Shown here: piece by piece, positions 25,056 through 34,964 of the stretch | Position numbering within the stretch: position 1 is the stretch's first letter | Layout of the letters: the number at the start of each line of letters is the position of its first letter | Assembly (NCBI GenBank): GCA_030141605.1 | Contig: JAQGDQ010001230.1 | Location: forward strand, 1-53,622 | Direction of reading: 5' to 3' | Source: Tubiluchus corallicola | Lineage: Eukaryota; Animalia; Priapulida | Length of the DNA stretch: 53,622 nt | The notes under the pieces: generated by a model | What the model was told of the DNA's origin: nothing | Database searches by the model: none | Seen by the model: the letters and a program-made list of their open reading frames with translations, nothing else | Translations under genes and position numbers: made by a program

Positions 25056-25168
25056 ATAACTCGCCCCCATCTAAATACACTTTCATGTTTCCCCCGGATT
25101 TCCAAGTGAAGCACAAATTGTGCAACATTTCGTCACTCAGAAGTAGACTTGTAAATCCAGGTATTGTT
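25056..25168 (-). CDS. Pentraxin-like gene, exon carrying the family signature
   Basis: TTTTCAG|...|GTAAGT, phase 2/1. Reads TIPGFTSLLLSDEMLHNLCFTWKSGGNMKVYLDGGEL, matching the pentraxin H-x-x-C-x-T-W-x-S...Y-x-D-G pattern. Confidence 0.85.
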
Positions 25169-25247
25169 CTGAAAATCATATAAATAATTATAAAACAACT
25201 AGCCAAACCCCACAAAAGCATTTTATGCATGAATATTCAGCATAGTT

Positions 25248-25264
25248 TAATAATAATAATAATG

Positions 25265-25317
<53 letters not shown>

Positions 25318-25318
25318 T
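25248..25318. repeat. (TAA)n microsatellite
   Basis: Direct reading. Confidence 0.95.
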
Positions 25319-25586
25319 AAAATATTAATTCAGTTAGTCAGTCTATAAGCCGTCAGTCTGGTGGCCAATCAGTCAGTCAGGTGGTTAGTGAGTCTGTCAG
25401 ACAATTGGTTAGTTCGTCAGTCAATCAGTCAGTCAATCACCTTCCTGAAAAACTTCTTTTATAGACATGCGCATGATCAGTTGTTTGATCTGCGTTCTGC
25501 AGCAGTGTTACATGTGAAATTGACCAATGGGACTCACGAGAAGCTGGATCTACACATGCGCTCAGCTACAATTTAAATTTACTTAC

Positions 25587-25647
25587 ATGGAAGTATCAGC
25601 TACACCGAAGGATAAATCACCGTTATCGATTACTAGAACTGAGGAAG
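25587..25647 (-). CDS. Pentraxin-like gene, small internal exon
   Basis: GACAG|...|GTAAGT, 61 nt, phase 1/2, compatible with the next exon. Reads SSVLVIDNGDLSFGVADTS. Confidence 0.6.
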
Positions 25648-25959
25648 CTGTCGCAACAACAACAACAATAATAATAATAATAGTACATAAATAATGTATA
25701 GACGTGGATAAATGGTCAATCTTAATTATATACCTGCAGAAATATTATGTTTGTTTGTTTGTTTGTTGATTAAAATTCTAAGAAAATTTTTGATTAAAAG
25801 TCTAAAAACGAAAATAATGCGCTGCTACAGACGCAATCTCACTTTTGAGAGCTGATTTTAGCTTGATTGATATCTGGATCGTGGATCGGCTTTTTTTCTG
25901 ATTTCAAACCTTATAATCGATTAAACTGATTCCGTATTTTTATTACAGGAAATTAAAAA

Positions 25960-26360
25960 CATTATAGTCAAAAACAAAAAACTCTATTAAAGTTTCACAT
26001 AAAAAAATTAAAATTATGCCAAACGTTTTGACATGCTGCTGTCATCATCAGTGGTAAATTTACAAGCATGTAACCAGTTCATATATGCACAGCCTATTAT
26101 GCACTAATTAAGTATTTAACAGAAGTCAAATAGGTAATGATTAAGCAGACCAGTAAAGAAATTGATACAATAAATTATGCACTAATTATGTATTTACAAA
26201 AGTCAAAAAGGTAATGAATAAACAGACCTGAACAAAAGAAATCTATACAGTAACGAATAACTAGGTGTTTGAAAGTGAACTTATAGGAATTGAACTCCTT
26301 TGTACATTAAGAGAAGGCTTATTAGTGTATATAGATAAACTTTCTTTTCTTAATAAGTTC
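25960..26360 (-). mobile_element. Penelope-like relic, second copy (intronic)
   Basis: Homologous to ~7125-7430; contains CCACTGATGATGAC...GTCAAAACGTTTGG on the minus strand. Confidence 0.55.
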
Positions 26361-28560
26361 CAGTTATTTGTATGTCTGTATTTGTTAATTAAAAAAACGT
26401 CTAACGCATTTTCATCTCGAGAAATGAGATGCACAAAGAATTAAAATATCGTTGGCTGTTCATACTCACCATACACCATGTCAATTCCGTAACCGGATCT
26501 GAAAAAATTGAAGAAAAACTTGCTGAGGCGCTCGCTGACGAGCTGAGGTCAAAGCCCTCCGAACTCTCCTCACAAGGTACGAGCTCTGTAAAAAATATCA
26601 ATGAATAAATATGGGAGAATCTGTTGTGATGAAATTTTAATTAATAAAATAATCATCTTGATGGTGTTGCTAATAATCACAGTTTATATTTTACAGTATT
26701 ATTTAATCACATTATGCTTATTAATGAATATTTGAACCTAACTATATAATGTTTACATATTCGGATCAATGTAGATTATATATTAGACAAATATATAAAA
26801 ATTTAAATAGGCATCTTTTCAAAACCTTGAGCAGTGAACTCTCAAACTTAGCATAGAAAAACCAATGTCTAAGCTACATTGTTTACAGCAAAACCGGACC
26901 AAGTCTTAAACTGCAGGTCAAAACAAACTACTCTGTAAAATATTGAAACGAAACATACTATTTTTTTCAAGAATGACATACGCGAAAGAATTGTTACCAC
27001 AATTTCACGTTCATTGCCATTAGTTCTTCGCTTGTACATGTATTTCGCCATTTGTCAGTTAGATGGGCACTAGCGCCTGCATGTCGAAAAGCATTGACAA
27101 AAAACGTGTGCTGTAGCTTCAAGTTCAGATGTGTTAGTTTGTGACGAACTACACACGTTCGACAGCTCATGCGTGAGCACAGCCGTAAATATGGAAATTG
27201 AATTTTTATCTTATACCTTGCCTAGTTTTAGTGCAACACATTGAATATCTTACAGTAGCACTGTTCTTCAATTTTCGCTTTCACAAACACGTACAACACG
27301 CTCGTGGAATATTTTTGCTGTTGAAAATTATATTAGTTTGTGATCTGACTAATAGTTGGGCTCGCCTGCCATTTATTAAGACTCTAATCTATTATTCAAT
27401 TATCAGAAACACTTTTGCAGTGTTAATTGTGTTAAAATCTAAACTTTTTGTCCGACTTGAAAATTGGGTTGTATATGAAAAATCATCCTGTTTTCCTTTA
27501 ATCCTCACAACATCTTATTCCATGCACTATTTTTCATGCAGGTGGGGTACATTACGCACCCACCTATCCAACCCACCTTTAATAAAGCAACAACACGCCT
27601 AGGCGTACGTCTGAGAAGCCTAATTATGGAAGACGTGAAGGCTCTAATTATTACACTTATGAAGCATCATAGGATGTAAATCACTTTTGATGATTTAGGG
27701 AAATCTCAACACATGGACCCACTATTCACCCTACTGTCTCTCCACAGGTCGTAGGATGCTTTTGTACAACACACAACCCTTTGACCAATGGCGCACCCGA
27801 ATTGGAGTCATTAGAATTGTTATACCACTGTTTAGCAGAAGCGTGCAATACAAGTCGTTTACTGCGAAAGCATATCCTCTATTTTAGTCAGTTAGTACAT
27901 AAATTTCTTTCTAATATTGGAGGAAACGCTTTATGGGGAGAGGGGGAAGTAGTTATCTCCCCCCTCTCTCCCTCTCTCTAGTTGTCTGCAAAAAACAAAG
28001 TGGTAACTGTAATCAATTAGGGCCTGTCTCATTAAGATATTTTTTCTTACCGTTTTCTAAAGGTTTTTCTGCTTCTCGAACCTTCGAAGCAGGATTTCCT
28101 AAATTGACCAAGTGGTTTAGACCCTTGTCAGAGTATTGACCATCAGTGGTCACCAAGGTCACTAAAACTGTCAGAACCAGAAAAATTAACAATTTTGTAG
28201 GAAGCGAAAATTAACTAAAATAAATAAATTGAAATCGAAATAAATTATGATGTGATTATAATATTGCAAGTACAATTACACATTCTACAATATATAGTTA
28301 CAAGATATTTCACTTGCGTCAACAAAGAAACATAAAGATATCTATTTTATTTTATGTTTATTTTTTTATTTATAATACATCTATGAACAGAAGTCATGAG
28401 ACTTATATGTCCATTAAAAACATCGTTAAATATATCGGCAGTGTATAGAAAGTAAAATTATAGGCTAAAAGTACAATATTCATGGTACATGGTTAGCACA
28501 ATATAAAACTCACAAGTACATGAAAATAAATTAAAAGTACAGAATTTATGGTACATGGTT
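26270..28560. repeat. Segmental duplication copy 1 (direct repeat of ~34965-37115)
   Basis: Collinear shared blocks throughout, e.g. GACAGCTCATGC.TGAGCACAG, GAAGCGTGCAATACAAGTCGTT, TGTAATCAATTAGGGCCTGTCTCATTAAGA, TTGTCAGAGTATTGACCATCAGT. Confidence 0.92.
26470..26585 (-). CDS. Pentraxin-like gene, upstream exon
   Basis: TTTTTTACAG|...|GTGAGT. Reads ELVPCEESSEGFDLSSSASASASFSSIFSDPVTELTWCM (compare pentraxin L..FTVCM). A short phase-0/1 exon is needed between this and 25647 and I could not place it confidently. No signal-peptide exon identified. Confidence 0.72.
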
Positions 28561-30526
28561 AGTACAATATAAAACACACAAGTACATGCAAATAAATTAA
28601 AAGTACCGAATTCATGGTACATGGTTAGTACAATATAAACACACAAGTAGCTGTAAATAAATTAAAAGTATAGAATTCATGGTACATGGTTAGTACAATA
28701 TAAAACACACAAGTACATGCAAATAAATTAAAAGTACAGAATTCATGGTACATGGTTAGTACAATATAAAACACGCAAGTAGCTGTAAATAAATTAAAGG
28801 TATAGAATTCATGGTACATGGTTAGTACAATATAAAACACACAAGTACATGCAAATAAATTAAAAGAACAGAATTTATGGTACATGGTTAGTACAATATA
28901 AAACACACAAGTACATGCAAATAAATTAAAAGAACAGAATATATGGTACATAGTACAATATAAAACACACAAGTACATGCAATAAAATTTAAAGTACAGA
29001 ATACATAGTACATGGTTAGTACAATATAAAACACACAAGTACATGCAAATAAATTAAAAGTACAGAATTTATGGTACATGGTTAGTACAATATAAAACAC
29101 ACAAGTACATGCAAATAAATTAAAAGTACAGAATTCATGGTACATGGTTAGTACAATATAAAACACACAAGTACATGCAAATAAATTAAAAGTACAGAAT
29201 TTATGGTACATGGTTAGTACAATATAAAACACACAAGTACATGCAAATAAATTAAAAGTATAGAATTCATGGTACATGGTTAGTACAATATGAAACACAC
29301 AAGTACATGCAAATAAATTAAAAGTACAGAATTTATGGTACATGGTTAGTACAATATAAAACACACAAGTACATGCAAATAAATTAAAAGTACAGAATTC
29401 ATGGTACATGGTTAGTACAATATAAAACACACAAGTACATGCAAATAAATTAAAAGTACAGAATTCATGGTACATGGTTAGTACAATATAAAACACACAA
29501 GTACATGCAAATAAATTAAAAGTACAGAATTTATGGTACATGGTTAGTACAATATAAAACACACAAGTACATGCAAATAAATTAAAAGTACAGAATTTAT
29601 GGTACATGGTTAGTACAATATAAAACACACAAGTACATGCAAATAAATTAAAAGAACAGAATATATGGTACATAGTACAATATAAAACACACAAGTACAT
29701 GCAATAAAATTTAAAGTACAGAATACATAGTACATGGTTAGTACAATATAAAACACACAAGTACATGCAAATAAATTAAGTACAGAATTTATGGTACATG
29801 GTTAGTACAATATAAAACACACAAGTACAAGCAAATAAATTAAAAGTACAGAATTCATGGTACATGGTTAGTACAATATAAAACACACAATTACATGCAA
29901 ATAAATTAAAAATACAGAATTCATGGTACATGGTTAGTACAATATAAAACACCCAAGTACATGCAAATAAATTAAAAATACAGAATTCATGGTACATGGT
30001 TAGTACAATATAAAACACACAATTACAAGCAAATAAATTAAAAGCACGGAATTCATGGTACATGGTTAGTACAAAATTAACACACAAGTACAAGCAAATA
30101 AATTAAAAGTACAGAATTCATGGTACATGGTTAGTACAATATAAAACACACAAGTACATGCAAATAAATTAAAAGTACAGAATTTATGGTACATGGTTAG
30201 TACAATATAAAACACACAAGTACATGCAAATAAATTAAAAGTACAGAATTCATGGTACATGGTTAGTACAATATAAAACACACAAGTACATGCAAATAAA
30301 TTAAAAGTACAGAATTTATGGTACATGGTTAGTACAATATAAAACACACAAGTACATGCAAATAAATTAAAAGAACAGAATATATGGTACATAGTACAAT
30401 ATAAAACACACAAGTACATGCAATAAAATTTAAAGTACAGAATACGTAGTACATGGTTAGTACAATATAAAACACACAAGTACATGCAATTAAATTAAAA
30501 GTACAGAATTCATGGTACATGGTTAC
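28460..30526. repeat. 66-bp tandem repeat, ~31 copies, with a ~720-bp higher-order period
   Basis: Unit TTAGTACAATATAAAACACACAAGTACATGCAAATAAATTAAAAGTACAGAATTCATGGTACATGG. A variant block (AAGAACAGAATATATGGTACATAGTAC) recurs at ~28930, ~29652 and ~30371. Confidence 0.97.
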
Positions 30527-31255
30527 TAAAATGTTAGAAAGTTTCAGCAATAAAATTTTGATAAGCATCTCGTGTAATTAGTGAAATCAATTTAAAGTCG
30601 TGATTCTTTACGCTTAGGGGCGTTGATTTTAGATAAAAAATGACGTCATTGTCACGGATTCCCGTGATTGAGTTCTACTCTGCCATTAGACCTTTCATTT
30701 ACAGTATTGCAAACTAGTTTATTCCGGTTCCTACAACCTTTGCAAATCTACCTAGCGTTGTTCAGCCTGTAATTTTAGATTAGGTTTCCTTGAATTACTT
30801 ATACGGGCTTCATTCTAAAGTTATAAATTCCGTCGTCACTTCTGTATAGGTGACCATTTCACGCTTGCTGTTCCAATAAAAAACGTCATATGATCCGCCT
30901 AATTCGTTAGGTTATTTTTTCTTTTCAACAGTTCTTTTTATAGTTATTTGCTGATTTGCGCATTATATATCTATGTGATAAAGTGAATAATTATCTATGG
31001 TTGGTTGTCCTGTTGTGATATAAAGCAATAATGTAAATGCGCCAAATCATGTAAGTTGCAATAAATTATATTTTGGGTGGCCACTCTTTTAATCAAATAG
31101 TTGTGCGGTTTTTCTTACGAAGTCATGAATTAATCTAAATTACATATTTCAATAACAGCAAAACATTTTAATTAACAACTCGTAAACTTAAGCGTTATGC
31201 ACCTTTTTATAAAAACAAATTAGACTAAATACATTCCCACGCATTTGTTTAATTC

Positions 31256-32451
31256 TAATCAACAAATTAAAAACCAGGCCGATGTCTCTCCCACAAACTT
31301 CTGAAAAAAAGAGCATTTTTCACATGGTGCCTCACACCGGTTTTGCTCAAATTAAATCCGTAAATGTTTGAAGTGTGAGCACTTGCTAGGCTGTTTAAAT
31401 TTTGCAAATTTTGCTGCTGTTCAAAAAGTTCTTTGCCCTCGGGAGGGTGCTTCATATTTCTTATAGTCAGCAGTTTTATAAATTATATGCACTCGAGTCA
31501 AAGTATTTAGTTTAGCGCTACTGATACAAATAAGCTGATGTTGATAGGACCTGTAGAGAAGCACAAGGCTTACTATAATAGTTAAGATATAACGCTATAA
31601 CTTGAATCATACGTTTGTTGTATTCTTAATAGTAGCCTTTGGTATTGATTTTATGCTTCTCGTAAGGCACGTAATTTGTGACAGCAAAACTAAATGTTGT
31701 AATTTCTACCTTTTATTTTCAGCCTAGCATAGTATATAGTCTGATAACATATTTTATTTTACAGCTTTGTTTGCTGACAGAAATTTTTTCTACAGGTTTA
31801 CGAGTTTAACTAGGACATTTTGCTGTGCAGTTTAAATCTGGGACAATCTTGACCTACCGGCTCCAAGGTCAAGGGCTGGTAAAGGTCTTAGCGTTTATAC
31901 AGCACATAACTAACTAGTACTAGAAATATTCATTTTTATTTGATTGCGTATAGCATGTGTACTTTTTAGGGTTTGATAAAATTGATTGATTGTTAAACGT
32001 GACCGTTTATCTTTGTGTCCTAATCCCATTACATTACAGCATACATGTCTATACAGACTCGTAGTAAAACGGCTAAGATGGAAAAAGCGTTAAAAATACA
32101 TATGAATCAGCAGACGAACGTCACCTTTCTGATACTGAATTTGAGACAGAAACTTTGGATCAAAATTGTGTATAACGCATCAGCTAAAGCTAATAAGGCT
32201 AGTCCTTCTCTTAGCAAATGTTTATGCTGTACTTATGCCTGACCAATGTGGGATTTTATTACGTTTCGGGATGCATCGGTATGCTATTGTTAGTGATATT
32301 GAAAAGGCATTTTTGGCGGTGGGTCTTTTAGAACCTGACCGTGATGTTACACGTTTTTACATGTAATCTAATCATTTGAATTATAATCAACAAATTAAAA
32401 ACCAGGCCGATGTCTCTCCCACAAACTTCTGAAAAAAGAGCATTTTTCACA
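31256..32451 (+). mobile_element. Internally deleted BEL/Pao LTR retrotransposon relic
   Basis: 32160-32360 encodes KIVYNASAK...SL and VLMPDQCGILLRF...AIVSDIEKAFLAVGLLEPDRDVTRF, BEL/Pao RT motifs, frameshifted. ~68-bp direct repeats ending in CA at 31256-31324 and 32384-32451; the first is followed by a PBS-like TGGTGCC. Confidence 0.78.
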
Positions 32452-33107
32452 GTCATCACGTGCAATTACAGCAAAATAAACATTTTACCCACAAGCTGCT
32501 TCAGAATCTTTTTTTAACTTGCAGAGCTGATTCTATAAACTAAGTAATCAGCCCGGTACGTATTATGTGTTGGCAAGTTTACATGCGTATCAAAAAGTCA
32601 ACAAAACTCTGTAAATTAATTATTTACACAATTAATGTTAATTACTTACAGATTTTCAAGTGTAATCCTATAGATTAAAGCAATGTGACCACTTTAAATA
32701 TGATAATTATTGATCGAATGACTAATTTCTAGATAAATACAGTTAAACACAACATTAGAATGACTAAACTTGTGAGTGAACTGTAGAAATTTCTGAACGC
32801 GTCACAGCTTGCCTTCAGGGCATTCACGCTGCACAGAAGACACCAGCTGACGTCAAATACAGCATTAAAATAACTAAACTTCTGAGTGAAGTGTAGAAAT
32901 TCCTCAACGCTAACCTTCATCACAGCTAGCCTTCAGGGCATTCATTCTGCCCAGCAGACACCAAAAACGTTTGCAGTAAAGATAGCTCTAGTCAAATTTT
33001 AGTAGTTGATCCGCCTGTAGGTAGCGCTGTTTGCCCCATTTTCCCTTTCTTTTCACTAGCAGCCCACATAGGTGAACATTTTCCCTGAGATCTAATTAAC
33101 ACGTTTT

Positions 33108-33300
33108 ATCGTTGTAGTTACTGCAGTTGCTGTTTCTGTTACTGCTGCTGTTGTTGCTGCTGCTCTTGTTCCTGCTGCTGTTGTTACTGCTGCTGTTGCT
33201 ACTGCTGCTGTTACTGTTCTGCTACTGCTGCTGCTGTTGTTGTTGTTGTTGCTGCTAGTGCTGCTACTGTTGCTACTGCTGCTACAGTAGTAGTTGTTAT
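33108..33300. repeat. Mixed (CTG/TTG/CTA)n trinucleotide low-complexity tract
   Basis: Direct reading. Confidence 0.85.
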
Positions 33301-33468
33301 TTCAGAAAAAATGTTGATAGCTATCTGAACTATATAAACTGACAATAGATAACAAATTATTAACACTTTTTGATCTTACAGAACAATTTACATTAATTAT
33401 TAATCCAAACACTTCTGTTTTCTTTCTTCCTATCAGAGTTACTGAACAAAGTTGATCGAAAAATCAGT

Positions 33469-34072
33469 TTGAAGGGATACGGCAGAGCTGTAAAGATGTG
33501 CATTCTGGTCTCTGTAATTTATATGAATATAAACCAAGACAGTATATCTTCATAATGTAAATTGATTTTGACTATAGATGGCAGCACAGTACTGTAATTG
33601 CATTTTGCATGCCCTTGGAAGGGATATACCAGAGTTGTAAAGATGTGTATTCTGGTCTCTGTAATGTAAATGAATATAAAACAAAACAGTATATCTTCAT
33701 AATGTAAATTGATTTTGACTATAGATGGCAGCACAGTACTGTAATTGCATTTTGCATGCCCTTGGAAGGGATATGCCAGAGTTGTAAAGATGTGTATTCT
33801 GGTCTCTGTAATGTAAATGAATATAAAACAAAACAGTATATCTTCATAATGTAAATTGATTTTGACTATAGATGGCAGCACAGTACTGTAATTGCATTTT
33901 GCATGCCCTTGGAAGGGATATGCCAGAGTTGTAAAGATGTGTATTCTGGTCCCTATAATTTAAATGAATATAAAACAAAACAGTATATCTTCATAATGTA
34001 AATTGATTTTGACTATAGATGGCAGCACAGTACTGTAATTGCATTTTGCATGCCCTTGGAAGGGATATACCC
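33469..34072. repeat. 141-bp tandem repeat, ~4.3 copies, each carrying CTATAGATGGCAGCA
   Basis: 47-aa periodicity in ORF 33519-33881; motif at ~33570, 33719, 33866 and 34013, which suggests the true period may be nearer 147 bp. Confidence 0.85.
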
Positions 34073-34561
34073 AGGGCACTTTATTTATGACTTTTCTTGC
34101 AAAATAGTCATAAATAGTCATAAATAAGATTTCAAATTTGTCATAAATAACGAAAGAAAAAGAATTATTTCCCGATGAATGGAACAAAAAATTCAGTACA
34201 GAAAACTGTTTCCACCGTCTCTCTCTCTCTCCCTCACACACAGGCAGTCCATAAGAAGCTTGCGCGTGACTGTTTGGTGGACTAACACAGTAACTGAGAC
34301 TGTCTAACTGATCTGTCATTAACTCGTCTAGAAGCAACCTAAATAATAAAAAGTAAATGAGCGCGTTACCGCGAAAAAATAAATAGGCACCGACAGAATC
34401 GTTGTCGTTCCATCGAAAATTTGAATTAAAGACAGCTTACCTATTTTAATGTCCTAAAGTTCTGCCGCCTCAAACCTACGCTCTGCACAATAACAGAAAT
34501 CTACACTTCTAATTCTTTTCTTTGCACGTTCATTTCAGTGCCTTTCTCATCCTAACGGCGT

Positions 34562-34657
34562 TAGGGGTGAGCATTCTCTACCAGAAAGCGAATTCGAATC
34601 GAACCGAATTTGTGACTTTCGAATTCGAATCGAACCGAACTTCGATGCTTACCCCTA
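34562..34657. mobile_element. 96-bp hAT-like MITE
   Basis: TIRs TAGGGGTGAGCAT / ATGCTTACCCCTA (12/13), internal TTCGAATCGAACCGAA repeats, degenerate 8-bp TSD AACGGCGT / AGCAGCGT. A related right end lies at ~19180-19258. Confidence 0.65.
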
Positions 34658-34964
34658 AGCAGCGTAAGTCAATGGCTTGGGTGTAGGTTTTAGCTCGAGT
34701 TTGCCGCAAGCGTTTCCCGTGCCTTACTGCCTCATCCTCAAGAAATAAGAATAATGCCGTCTGCTAGAATTTGAGCATATTTTATCTTTGGGAGAATTTG
34801 TTGCTTCATTGTCATTAAAATTTAACTGTTTTTCTTGTTTAGTTATTTTGCTTAATGTAATTTTAATTAGAAAACATACGTGACGGTTCCCTAGAAAGAT
34901 GTAATAGCCAATAGTATTTTCCAACATTAAATTTAAAATCGATATTACTTGATACAGTACCAAA

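Noticed and set aside
25690-25900. Candidates for the missing phase-0/1 pentraxin exon
   Set aside because: Both candidates (~25842-25897 and ~25687-25733) need weak splice sites or a different upstream donor; left unannotated.
28458-30568. Long Cys/aromatic-rich minus-strand ORFs up to 292 aa
   Set aside because: Translations of the 66-bp minisatellite (unit length is a multiple of 3); no splice or domain support.
33108-33300. Possible Thr/Ala/Gln-rich mucin-like exon
   Set aside because: Stops in the candidate frame I read and no convincing splice sites; treated as a microsatellite tract.
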